Below the pieces are notes generated by a model, which had not been told where the DNA came from, ran no database searches, and worked only from the letters and a program-made list of their open reading frames with translations. DNA of 64,000 nucleotides from Fimbriosthenelais zetlandica (lineage: Eukaryota). The stretch's first letter is position 1. Each line of letters begins with the position of its first letter. The position numbers and the translations under genes are program-made. This document shows, one piece after another, positions 36,701-49,300 of this stretch. The stretch spans positions 19,344,001 to 19,408,000 of the forward strand of contig OZ365118.1 of assembly GCA_977030845.1 (NCBI GenBank), written 5' to 3'.

Positions 36701-38497
36701 CTTTCTCAAAAATCCCATACTTTTTACATCATATCAGACCATGTGTTTTTTTCTCATGATTTTGTCAAGCATGCGCTAAATCCGTTCATCTAAGGCCGCT
36801 TTGTATCCTGATAGATCTAGCCTGTGACTGAACATATTTCTCAAAAATCCCCATGTTTTGACAGCTGGTATTTCCCAGGATTTGGTAATGTGAATTCTAT
36901 CCATGAAAAAATCTGTTCTGGTCTTAAAACATGATAGAAAACTGTGATCCTGATAAGAGTCTATCGGATACAAACCCATGTGGTCCCCTCCCCTTATATA
37001 TCATGAGTGTTTTAAGAACACCAAATTGCTTTAATCAATTAGAATTTCTTTGATAATTCACAAAAAAGTGTGACTGAATGTGTTATTTAAAGTTTGTAAA
37101 ACACCCTTGACAGTTATAGCTGGCACCTTGATGTGTAATCCCAGGTTAAACCCCCGTTAATACCCGCTAAGTCTACATCCTTACATCCCTAAAGTCAAGA
37201 CGAGTGATGTAAGCACCAGACTTGACTTAATTTGAATAATCTTCTCTCAAAGGATTCAACAAACAGATTATGATTTCAATGTTTCAAGACTAGTTTATTT
37301 GCTCGTCATTAAATTTACACAATGTTTGTACATCTACAAACCAACACTTTACATACACATCCATCCCACACAAACTCTAATCCTTGGTAATCAGTGGCTA
37401 CCGAGCCACATTTAAATTCTCATATAATTGCACTTCATTTTTGATTGCATTATGACAATTATTGCTTTCAATATTGCAATATTTTTGAACACTTAGTGGA
37501 ACATTTCTTTGTGTAATAAGTAACCATTATTTCGTGAACACATATGGAATGAATTAGGAGGATGGTGCAAGGTTCGAAATGGGTAAAGAACACCTGCCTT
37601 GTAGAAAAAGATTTATATAAAAAAGCCCCAATAAAATTGGCAAGATACTGAGATATAGCTCAGCAGATAAGGCCCTACTAGTAAACATTTCCTTACACGA
37701 AATTAAAAGTATCAAAACGAAAGGAAATAAATTCAGTGGGCTCCAAAAATTGTATTTTCCAAAAATAATCTTGCAAGGAAATTGCAAGGATATTATCATT
37801 AAATTCGGGAGATAAATACTCATAAAAATCTCTAGAATCAAGGGATGCATTTTGGCAAGACAGCATCTTACTTTTGTACAAATATACACATCTACTTATT
37901 GGAAACATTATATAAAATAGACACGTATAAATATGTATTCATGATAAAATTTTGATCAGGAATAAATCTTTTGAACCATAATCAGGAGTTAACCATACAA
38001 GTACAAATGTATCATAGCAGAGAGTCCACGGTAGGTTAACTAGGGAATGATTGATCAACTGTAGATCACAGTTATTCCATACATATCTCATGTCTAACAT
38101 GTAGCACCTGGTAGGTTTATACCTCACAGAATGGGTCATTATTATAACAGTTGATATGACGAGTTACAAGTGCGCACATTTATACAAGTCAGTGTGTTAA
38201 TACTTAGGGTAAAACATATCTACATAGTCACTAACAATCTAAGATTTAATACATTATATATTATAGTAAGGTGCATTTACAGTGGTGTAGTATGACAGTA
38301 TGTACACATGTACAATATATAAGATCTGGAGGAGCGTGTCACTGAGACACATTATAAATGCATGTTCTTAAAATGAACACAATCATGGCTGAGATTGCTC
38401 CAGTACAAAATATACTGAATAAATATATTGAGTATTTCTATCAATGAATAACAACAGTATTCACCAAAAGGTGTAAAATCCTACACATTACTTATGG

Positions 38498-41128
38498 TTA
38501 GAAATGCCCCAGTGTATGTATGTGTAAATTACCAGTACTCTTATAGAAATTACTGCTAAATTGTTTAATTTTCTTTACGAGTTGTTTTTTACGGTCGTGT
38601 TGGAGGTTGCGTGCGACCGCTGAGTGTTGGACGACTGTTCTTGTATTACCAGCATTGTCCTGGAGCTGGATATGGTGACCAGGGTCGGTTTTCCTGCCAG
38701 ATCCTGGGGTGGAGAAACCAGAGTCATAATCATGAGCGTATCGTAGACACTTCCTCACTGATCGCCCTTCAGACCGGGTCTCTAGCAGCTCCTGTGAGCT
38801 GTGGCTGGCAGCCTGGGGTGGAGCATGTTTACCCACAGTACAGGGAGGTCTGATACCCAGATTCCTCCTCCGTGGTGGAGGATTCTGATACCGAGGTGGA
38901 AGACTCACTGGTGGACCCATGATCTCAAACTTGGGTACATCGACATAGTCATAAGTGTCAGTGGTGGGTCGGCTGGAACCAGAGTCTGTGACATTAGGGG
39001 AGTTGACAGGGACTGGTAGATCTCGTGACTCGGTGCTCTCAGGACTAGTATTGTCAGTAGTACTGGTGGTGGTGGTACTGGTGGATACTGACAGGGGGCG
39101 TTGTTTGAGGGAATGGCGGTCTGAGCTGACAATGGTGTCATCCAGGCTGTTGGGGCTCCAGAAGCCGTCAGACTCCTTCATGGACGTCTCCAGCGCCATC
39201 TGGGAGGCGTGGAGAGTGTCCTCTGAGATGTCAGCTTCAGGATCATCAGCTTCTGATGTGGTGGTAGAGAGGGCGCTGAGATCAGGAAGGGACGAGCGAG
39301 TCGCTTCTAACGACAAATGTTTCCTGGTGATGTCCAGCCTGGTGGCATCAAGCCTGGTGACATCCAGGAAGTCGGACTCTGACAGACCAATAGGGTCTCT
39401 CAGCTGAGTCTTGTCCAGCACTGTCTGACCGGTCTGACGTTTGAGCATGCGCATACGACCGTTCCTGGCATCATACGTGGCAGTGTAGTCCTCAGCTCGA
39501 GCGTTGGCTGTACTGAAGTGACTGCTGTCATCCATACATTCTGACAGGTATGAACTATCATTGTCTGTCTCAGTGACAGCGGTCGAGCTCCTGGGCCTGA
39601 TCTCTCCCTCACTCTCAGTGCTCGATTCACTGATGGAGAATGAATCGTCTGTTTGGAAGATGCACGGTCCACCAAATGTAGGATGGAGGCCGTGTTCCTT
39701 ACACAGCTTGGGTTCCTTGTGGGATGTTGGTGTTAACTGAGCCTCACGTTCCTTCTGCTTCAGTCGTTCACGTCGACGCGTACGTGCACTACGGCTACGT
39801 GATCGACGTGACTGAGCGCTGGCTGTGAGATCTGTGGTTTGTACAGAGTTAGGCTTCTGTAATGATCTGATATCTACAATGCTATCATCTAGAGATCGTG
39901 GAGTCTTCTTGATTGAAGACGGCGTCAGGACTTTCTTCCTGATGACAGCGCTGGGTTCAGAGATGGTGGTCCGCGCGTCAGATAAACACTTAAAGTCAGG
40001 TTCATTAAACGTGACGTCAGGAGAGTGGAGGGCGTCATCACGGGACATGTTGAGGGTACTGTGGAGGGGGTAGTTGAGGGTACTATGTAGGGGGTAGTTA
40101 AAGGTACTGTGTAGATTACCACTGATGTTACTACCCGATGACTGCTCACGTAAACTACTGTGAGATACATTGTTACTAATTTGACTAACATCTTTAAGAT
40201 TACTCAGTGATCTAGATGTGTAGAGTTCACTTATAGCGTCACTCGTGGCGTATTTGACTGGGCTCTCTCTCCGCCGTACAGGCTGCTTGTTCATTACATT
40301 ACCTCCCATGTTCTCCTTGTTGGAGGAATCAAGGTGAACTGATAACCGTGGACAGTGAGGCCCCAGGTTATCAATACTGTTGATCCATATAGATGTTTGA
40401 TCATTCTTATTGACAGTGTCACTGACTGATGTCCTCTTAGAGCCATACAAGGCACTACTGGGGGTAGAGTTGACATCCATATAGTTCTCATCAACCTCCA
40501 TGGAGACCACACCTTCCTGGGACGGTGATCTGAGCATGACATACTCCCCCTCTAACTCACTCATGGTGGGGGACGTGGTGCCCGTGTTGAAACCAGAGCT
40601 GGTACTGAACTGATGTTTGCACATCTTGGTTCTCTCCTCCTGTATGGGGGTCAGCAGCTGACTAGGTGTGGTGCGGGGGTGGCAGGCACAGCGGCGGTGT
40701 GGCTTACAGAATGGTGTGGATGTTTTATGTTTACCATCACTATATTTCTGATCACTGTCCAGTACTCTCCTCTCACCACCACCCTGGAGTCGATGTAATC
40801 CAGCGTTCTCCTTGTCCTCCTCGGGTACCCGGGCGCTGGCCGCTCGTCGGAGCGACCTCCTGGGTGTGGATCCAGATCCTCCAGGTGTACTGGATCCCAG
40901 GGACCGCCGTGACTGTATGCGGGCACGCCGGGCGTCGTACAGCGCCCTCACGCGGGCTCGCGGCAGGGACGCCACCTTGTCTGTGAGCGGTACGCCTGTA
41001 GACGCCTTCATTGGCGTCACGCTTGGCTGACTCTGGTAACTCTCAAAGTTCTCCAGCAGTGAGAGAAACTGCTGCTTGATGTTCTTCAGTTCCAGCTTCA
41101 TGTGTAGGCCTTCCTCTATAATCTCCAA
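38498..41128 (-). CDS. Gene B exon 2 (terminal coding exon, 876 aa), paralog of gene A exon 2
   Basis: The 896-aa ORF has its true start after the acceptor cttgttatttttcag (AG at 41130-41129), beginning LEIIEEGLHMKLEL. It shares motif blocks with gene A. Confidence 0.9.
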   Translation of the reverse strand: MEIIEEGLHMKLELKNIKQQFLSLLENFESYQSQPSVTPMKASTGVPLTDKVASLPRARVRALYDARRARIQSRRSLGSSTPGGSGSTPRRSLRRAASARVPEEDKENAGLHRLQGGGERRVLDSDQKYSDGKHKTSTPFCKPHRRCACHPRTTPSQLLTPIQEERTKMCKHQFSTSSGFNTGTTSPTMSELEGEYVMLRSPSQEGVVSMEVDENYMDVNSTPSSALYGSKRTSVSDTVNKNDQTSIWINSIDNLGPHCPRLSVHLDSSNKENMGGNVMNKQPVRRRESPVKYATSDAISELYTSRSLSNLKDVSQISNNVSHSSLREQSSGSNISGNLHSTFNYPLHSTLNYPLHSTLNMSRDDALHSPDVTFNEPDFKCLSDARTTISEPSAVIRKKVLTPSSIKKTPRSLDDSIVDIRSLQKPNSVQTTDLTASAQSRRSRSRSARTRRRERLKQKEREAQLTPTSHKEPKLCKEHGLHPTFGGPCIFQTDDSFSISESSTESEGEIRPRSSTAVTETDNDSSYLSECMDDSSHFSTANARAEDYTATYDARNGRMRMLKRQTGQTVLDKTQLRDPIGLSESDFLDVTRLDATRLDITRKHLSLEATRSSLPDLSALSTTTSEADDPEADISEDTLHASQMALETSMKESDGFWSPNSLDDTIVSSDRHSLKQRPLSVSTSTTTTSTTDNTSPESTESRDLPVPVNSPNVTDSGSSRPTTDTYDYVDVPKFEIMGPPVSLPPRYQNPPPRRRNLGIRPPCTVGKHAPPQAASHSSQELLETRSEGRSVRKCLRYAHDYDSGFSTPGSGRKTDPGHHIQLQDNAGNTRTVVQHSAVARNLQHDRKKQLVKKIKQFSSNFYKSTGNLHIHTLGHF

Positions 41129-44100
41129 CTGAAAAATAACAAGTGAAAAGTCCATAAGTAACAAGTTATAAGTATTTAAATAAGACATTAATATTTCCCT
41201 GGATATATGTTAATGGACTGCATGTCAAACCATGCGTTTTTACACGTTAAATGTTTGAATAATTAAGACAAAGCTGTTAAATAAGAGTCATAAATTACAC
41301 TTGTTGTGACTTAAATATGCATAATACTTTTAACTCTGAAAGTAGGAAAAATGCATAAAACTAGTCCATAACAATGGACCCTTTGAAATGATTGACCCTA
41401 ATAAATACATTTCCTGAAGGAATTGCCTATATAGCTATTTTTCGAACCTTGGAGGATTCCTATAAAAAAGTTGTATTCCCTGAGAAAGTTTTAGAAATGT
41501 CCAGTCAACTCCTACATGTGAGGGACATTTAGCCTGAGGTGGAACTATCCATCTCAACCTTTGCCCCCACCTTGTCTCAGACGTCTCTTCCTCTATATCC
41601 CCACCAGCTATAGAGCAGAGATAGCTTAGCTGAGGGGGTCCCTTCCCCCTCCCCCAGCCCCACCCAGCTCTCAGTCTCAGACATTAGCCCCAGGTCCCGT
41701 CCCTTTCTCCAGCCTAAGTGGAGTGCTTATTATTTAAATGCGATAAACGGCGGAAAAAAAGTGTTAATGACTCGGTGTACAGCGGCGCCGACAAGAGATT
41801 CAAAATGAAATTAGGCTGGACGCCGACGAGGGCAGGAGACGAGAGGCGATTAAACAATGAATATAGATTCCTTACATTAGAGAATAACGCGGTAAAAACG
41901 TGAATACATGATATATGCTGTATTGACCCTTTAAAGGGAGCGTTACCGGTTGTATTTGATTAACATATTTTATGCCCTTTACCGGAGCCTGTATATTGCC
42001 CCTCTAAGTCCACATGTATTGACTAGAGCTGTTTTTGATGGTAAGTGTGAAATAGCAGGAACATCTCCCTCAAATATTACCCCCTAAATCTACCACACCC
42101 AAACAATACCCCAATACACCACAAAGGCTCTCCCTCCTCCCACTTCCCTCATTCTATTTGCCTCTTTTACAAACCCTCCATCAAGCGATCACATATCCTC
42201 TGTTTCACTTTCCTTCCTCTCCCGCATGGAGTTTTTTCTCAATGTACCCCGCGGCTATTAGGGTTTGGATAGTCTTTGCTATTGTTTGACTTTTGGTTTG
42301 GTTACATCAGGCTGGGTTATAACGATAGGGGTTGTGTGCTTACAAACCCAGGGTTTGCTGAAGGGATTTGGGCTTGTTTTCAAGAGGCTGAGGAATAACA
42401 AAAGTGGAATGAAGTGAAAAGACTAACGACCGGTATGAGCACACAATGTACTGGCCTTCCAGGTTTATAATTGGCCTGAGCACTCAGTAAATTCTATTTG
42501 AGCAATGAAGCATCTAATATGAGTGATTATCAAGGGGATATATAGAAACAATGGGGAGACATGGAAGCCTTAGTAACAATATGTCAATGTTATAGCCCCA
42601 GGCTCAAAGATACCTCAACCATGATGGGGGAAAGCCATGAGGAAACAAAGTAACAATGTGTAACAATAGACTCTAACCAATACACCTAATGACGGGCTTT
42701 AGACGTCCATTTGAACTAGTACAAGTCCGTTACTAGTGTTGTATATAAGTCCATGCTAGCAGACCAATGATCCAGGTGGTTTGTCACAAGCATTAACAAA
42801 CATCTTCAGATATTTGACTTGTCTCTCCAAGCACGAACTGAAATCCCCGGGGAGTGCTAGGTGAATAGGACACACAAAACGTGCCTCAAGATCCCAACCG
42901 TCCACCACAGACAGTTGACTGACTTGATCCTTGTTTTACCGGGCTTTATAATGATCAAACCCACCTGTACTGTCATGACGGGGAGCGGGGGCAGGTGCAA
43001 CGTCCTATACCCCTCCTCCACCTATCTCCCTGCTAAATAGCAGCGGCACGGGGGCAGAGGACAAATATTTGTAGGCGTTACGATTCCCCTGGTTATGCCT
43101 TCAATGGTTGTTCCCATCACCTCGACAGGCAGATGTGCAGAGGTGTTATACCTCGGTATCAATCAATGAAATATTTCCATGTGCCTCGGTTGCCAGGCTC
43201 GGTACAACTATGGGAAGACACCAGCTTTCTGCTAATCGCACTGGGAGGAGGGAAGACACTAGTGGGCATGATCTAATGCGCCCCCTACACACTTAGTAGA
43301 GGAACTAGGCCGTGGAGGTCAAAGGGTCAGGGTTTAGTATAACACGGCCATGTCATCCTAATGAGTTTTGTTAATCATCTGTGGCCATTTTCCTTCTCAA
43401 CCCGCTCACTAGCTGATAAGGCTGACCAGTGGTGTTTATGATAAATTTCCAGGCCCACGACCATTCATACATGCTGACAGTCCAAATTAAGTCTTAATTT
43501 CAGCACCCCACTTCTAAGACTAAAGTTTGTGTCTAAAGATGGGTATACCCATATGAATAAGGGTCACTGTTTTTATTGAAGCCACCAATATATAGTATAG
43601 GATTATTATAGGTAATATCTATTTTATCAGAAAGACCTAAGCCTAAAACTCAAGTGGAAATAGTTGATAAATAGCTCCTTCTCAAATGAATACTCAATTG
43701 GTAGTGTATACCGGGGTATAAGGAAATAGAAGGAGATAGAATGATAAGGCTGGTTATTAAGTGAATATTGTATTCATTATGAACATTAAGTCAAGCACCC
43801 GGCTGATTAGTACATGCGGGTTTAGGGGTAGACCAGGCTATATCCAGATTAGCACTGTTCTGCTGGGAGATAAGGAATATTACAGATGATTTCCTTCCCA
43901 TTACTGCTTCCTTCCTGCCTACCATTTCATAGATAAGATAGCACCCACCCACGCCCTGAATATATTACAATATTCTGAGCTAATAATATGAAATAGAAAA
44001 TCTCAATGACTAGATAATAAATGTAGGACCCCACAACCATCATTTGTTTCCTTCACTTAAATAAAAAACACAACCCTAATGAAGCATGATGGATTTCTTC

Positions 44101-46320
44101 TCAAAGTTTCAAACGGTTTTGTTTTTTTCTGTATCTTCATTTATCAAATTCAAATTTGACATACGGTGCATGAATGATTTACAGGTCTTTGGTCTTTGCT
44201 GGGCTGGAACTGTCTGCCTGGAAATGCCAGCTTAGCAATTATACAAAGCATTGAAATGCCAGGTATTAGTGAAGAATGCATGTAAGAATGCACATGAATG
44301 GTGATGGGAAGATAGAGGTGAGTGATATAATGAGGTAACCTAGATATGGTAAAGTAGGCAGTGATAGAGGGATGCTTCTAGTTCATTCAGGGACAAAGCA
44401 TGCAGCATCAGGTGGCAGAAGCACCGCCTGTGCATCTCATAATAGTGATCAGATCTTGTGAGTTTTTTTCTCTACATTTCTCGCCTACTTTTCAAGGCGC
44501 CATGCACCTGGCCCTATGGGGGACAAGTGGTGGAAGGGGAGCACGCCACCTGCCTGCCGTGTTTGTCAACACATAGCCCTACTCACCAAGATGACCTCTC
44601 CCCCTACTCCCCCACCCCATCCCAGCTGTTTAGTGTTAGATTTATAACAGTACATAACTCTCAGACCATTTCTTCCATTCACACCTGCACTGAGTGAATT
44701 CATACCTGGGGATCTATTTCTGTGAATGAGTTGAGGTAATGATGTGTGATTGGCTGTCTAGTGTAGGGTTTACCTATAGCAGGGGGGAGTAGAGGGCCTA
44801 TATATAGGCGCCTGAGGGGAACACACCTGCCCTATAAAATCAGCAGTAAAAACTACCAGTCAGGAACACAACCCAAGGGGCGGCCACTGAAGATAAAAAA
44901 AGTTTTACTGGGGCTTTGCGAAATTACTATCTTTCAAAGTGAAGTGTGGGGCCTGGATCAGTGCGCCTAGACTAACGTTCTCAGGTACTTAAATATTGTC
45001 ATTTATGGACCCCATCACTTTTCTGAATGAACTTCCCGCCAGAAGTTCTCAAAGCTCTGACAAAGCCCGCAAATCGTCTACTTTTATATCAAACAAGCAC
45101 CATCTTAAAGTCTATTATCGTCTCAAGCGACTAAAATACCAATTTGGATTTTTATTTCTCTTGGGCGTCTCCTTCCTTGAAATGTCTTTTGTTTCGTCAC
45201 AAAAAGTCGTACGAGCCCTTCAAAATGACAAATAGTAGAGGAACCTAGCTCCATCCTAGTAAAGGACCTTGCTAAGCGTTTATGAAGATAGTAAAATGCT
45301 TAATTGCCGTCAGATTAGCTATGATTTCTAAAGTTGAAAAGTTCCCGAGGCGGGGTTCCACATCTCTGGACCTAATCATCTACCATCAAAAAATGTGAGA
45401 AGGACATAGCGTTTGACTGGCTGTCAGTGAAGAGTCGCCGATAATCACTGGTATTTGACCATCACTGACAGTTCAAAGAAAACCCAGACGTCACAAATTC
45501 CAACCCCCTTTGGGCTTCTTTCAATCCCAGAGCACATTCTGGGAGAGTCTGGGCGGCCTCTGATGTCTCCACGACCCAGTGCCTAGTTGCAGCATGTTTG
45601 TAAGTAAAGTATAAGTCTGGATGGACCACATGTTATAATAGACCATCCATCATTGGTGACAGACAAATATGAAGTTGCAGTGCGGGGTGAGTTGCAGGCC
45701 CGTTTCTCCTCACCCTTTGACCTTGTTGCGCGGTCCTAGCCGCCCCACACAAGTAACACATTTGGGGAGCGTCTTTGCTCGGTCTATAAGACCCCCATTT
45801 AGCCGCTTTCTCTCTATTATTTACTTGTTGTTTTGCTCGGGCCTTGAGGTGCTTGTCTTTATGAAGGTGTGGCTAGTTTGACCCTGCCTCACCTGAGGCC
45901 TACCTGTCCCGTCCCGGCTCGGTACTCTCCCCTTTTCTTACCTCCACTCTCCGCCCAACAACCACCATTGCCATGACCATGACTTTGCCACTTTGACAAG
46001 GTCATATCACTCCGCCAAGGGCGCAGGTGGACTTTCCTAAACAAAGCCTCAACTCGACCTCAGACCACTCAAGCTGGATAGCAAAGCCCACGGCCTTTAC
46101 CCAACATTTGATAATGCAATATGTCCGGCAAGTCTGAGGTATGATTGATAATGTATTAACTCCGGGAGAGGGCTGAGGTCTTGAGTTGTCATGGTAACAA
46201 GAGAGGGTATCACGGCAGGGACTCCAGGGTGGCCAGGGTAAGCCAGCATGGGTCAATATAGAGCCATGAACATACCTCCAGATACCTGTGAGAATCTAAC
46301 AATAAACAGCATATCCCACA

Positions 46321-46377
46321 GAGCATCTAACCTCCCATACACCCCACCACGGAGCATCTAACCTCCCATACACCCCA
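46321..46377. repeat. 31-bp tandem duplication gagcatctaacctcccatacacccca
   Basis: Two copies starting at 46321 and 46352. Confidence 0.85.
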
Positions 46378-49300
46378 TCCCTCCCATTAATGCCCTCCAT
46401 TTTAAACCATGGTACTGAATGTAACACCAAAATCTCCATATCAAAGTCGGCCGTGAATAAAAGCCTCCATAGTAGAGTATATTTACCTGGTCTTTAACGA
46501 CCCTCAGCTCAGCCCGCGTTAATGTGTGAAGCTAAATCTGTGTATAGAAGTCACTGCCTTCTAAAGCCCTTTATACAAGGGCAAGGACCTTCAATTAACG
46601 CCCGCAGCCTGGCCCCGCCCTTAATGCGGCCAGTATTAGCGTTTGTTACGTGGGTAGATCTGTACTCCACACCTCTACCCACCACCCCTCATATAACATA
46701 GCGGTAAGCGTCTCACATCAAAGACCAGCACAGCCAAGATGCTGAGATAAGACTACGTTACGTTACATATAACACGGAGCAAAAAGAAGGTCCATATGCT
46801 CCCCTATATAGCCCGCGGCCGAACCATGCTCACCTCTAATTATCGCTCTAATTGTGGGTGGTGAGATATAGTGAAGGAATGTAAAAAGTAAGGGCTTTAC
46901 CCCTATAGGAATCCCGACTGTGACCTATCATGGTTAAAATCGTAGATTCTGATCATCAAAGGTGCTATGTTCAAAAGCATGCAACGGTGCAATGACTTCA
47001 GTTTGAAATTGTAAGATTCACTACTCAGCCACCATGTATTAACATATTTTGTTGCCACAAGGCCATTTGCATGGGTGGTGACCGTTTAAATTGGACTCCA
47101 CTTGGCATCTACATTCATTTTAATCAAGAGAAAATAATGACAGAACAATTGGCTGGAGTCAGCGTCTCTGACCCAGGACGGTAATTTAAAGTTCACGACC
47201 GCCTGTCTTACCTTCATGTGTATAATTAGTCTACAAAAGGTGGAAGATGAAGTGGAAACACAGGTAGAGATCCTTGTGAAAATACTACAATATATTCTCA
47301 CCTTGTATAACGTATCTCTGTCTATAGTTGCCTCCCTCTCATTGACTCAGTGTTAATTAAACAAGTCTTCATTAGGACCTGATTGCCTGGCGTTCCTGCT
47401 CGCACCTCCGTCACCAATGTTCTGACCAGGAGGTGTGGAGGTATGGCTGGCCCACCGTTGGGAGGTACCTAAGACTGTATGGTCTTTTCAGTGAGGGTGT
47501 GAGATGGGGTACAGCCCCCTCACACCTACAAATGACCAGCCTTTGTTTTCCCCACATAAACAATACCCCGGGACCCTTCAGTAGGTCTCACAGGGGGAGG
47601 ACACTAATGATGGCCTGCCAGTAAATGGCTGCTATTGTTTTAGTTCCCTAATAAGACGGGAACGGCTTAACTAACCCTTATGGTTAGGCTCCTTTTCATG
47701 GACGCAAATCAAGGGTGAAGGATTTAACTGAAATTCATTGAAGTAGAAGGAAAAGAAAATACTCTCCCTGAACACCTGTTAGAGTAGGGATCAGGGAAGA
47801 AAATCCCAGAACAAAAACTCTAGAGTTCCATAAAAAGGTCATTATAATATTGATATAGAATCTTGATAAATGTTTTAGAACATTGATAAATGAACCTTCA
47901 CTTGATTTTGGTTATGAAATCCTACACCTCTCAATTGTCTAACCCAAACTGCCATGTATTGTATGACTATTACATGCACATGAACATGATTAATGATTAC
48001 ACACCCATGACCTCCATGTCACACTCTTTACCCGTCAAGCTCATGTATAGTGATCGAGGGACAGGGAAGAATAACTGATGGATAGATGGATGAACTCTGT
48101 CCCATACATGCATCCAAAACCATTACATACCTGTCACTCGGAAAATTAAAATTTGCATGCCATCTTCAATTACTCCCATGGCCTTAATTTAGCTAACGAT
48201 TTAGGCTTAATTGAATGCTAGGAAATAGTACCTTTGGTAGGCCATCTCTGGCAGTGCTCTAGTTTAGTATTAGAAGAGACAGGTAAAGATAATTGTAGGT
48301 GAATGGAGGGAGTATAGGGGTGTGTGGAGTGATGGACAGGTGGTGTAATAGGTCTGACTGTGATTATATATAACATGATGGTACATCCTCACCCTCCACC
48401 TACCTATAATCATAAACTCCTCCTAGAACACTACATCCAATGTTCTACCCTCAACCCACTCCTCTACCTGGACAGGTGATGTAACCATCTCAGGTATCTC
48501 ATGTACCCCCCCGGTACCTCGCCTACCTCCCCTCACCACCCCAACCCCATCATTGTGTACCCTTAATCAACAATGACTACCTCCAATACAAACATAACCC
48601 GCTGAAATTCACCACTAAATGTCCTAATATAAAACCATTTGCACAGCTAAATGCTGGTCATTTGACCCCTGATCCAGCCTAATTACTCCCCCTCCCAGAT
48701 CAGTTTAATTGTCCTAAACACTTTCCCACAGAATCCACTTTTGTGAGGCTGGGAAATTGCAGCTTGAAAAGACTTCCTCTATGTCCCTCAAATGGCCAGT
48801 TTTAAGCCTCAGCCCCAGAGGGCTAAATTATAGAGGAGGGGGCCCCGGGGCTTTGAAGTTAGACGGCCCTAACACTTCATTAAACACATTTTGGTCAGAT
48901 CCAAAGCCTGAGAGTAGGACTCGTAACTGGGGCCTTGTTAAGCCTTTACGTCTGTCACACTTAATTAGGCCGCTGTTTGAACCTCAATAGGAAAAAGTTG
49001 TTATCTCTGGTGAATCGAGCAGACAATGGTCTGTTTTCATTCAGCGCTAATTGAGTTTTTACTCTTGGTTTAATCCCACTTATGTTCTGAACGAAATAAT
49101 AGGGGCACTATTACTTAAACCGTCTATACAATCCCCGGATACCATCTACCTTTTTACCATTGACTGCCCACCATTGTTCTTCTCAGTTAAAGTTAATTTC
49201 GAGCAATTGCAAAAAGCTGGGGAAGAAAAACAATCTTTGTCCAATTCTTCTTAACCTTTCTGCTCAGAAAACCCAGCAGACAAAGTGAGGGACATGTATG

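Noticed and set aside
13500-38400. Dozens of 60-150 aa ORFs in the intergenic interval and the B intron
   Set aside because: Compositionally random, with no recognisable domains (no RT, transposase or helicase motifs) and no consistent splice-phase chains.
38611-41030. Several 60-150 aa ORFs overlapping gene B exon 2, and similar ones over gene A (2380-2705, 5111-5428)
   Set aside because: Antisense or alternative-frame shadows of long Ser-rich coding exons, with no independent splice or homology support.
41129-41188. N-terminal MSYLNTYNLLLMDFSLVIFQ of the 896-aa ORF; likewise the ORF-track starts at 1425 and 62128
   Set aside because: These are translations of polypyrimidine tract and intron sequence upstream of clear acceptor sites.
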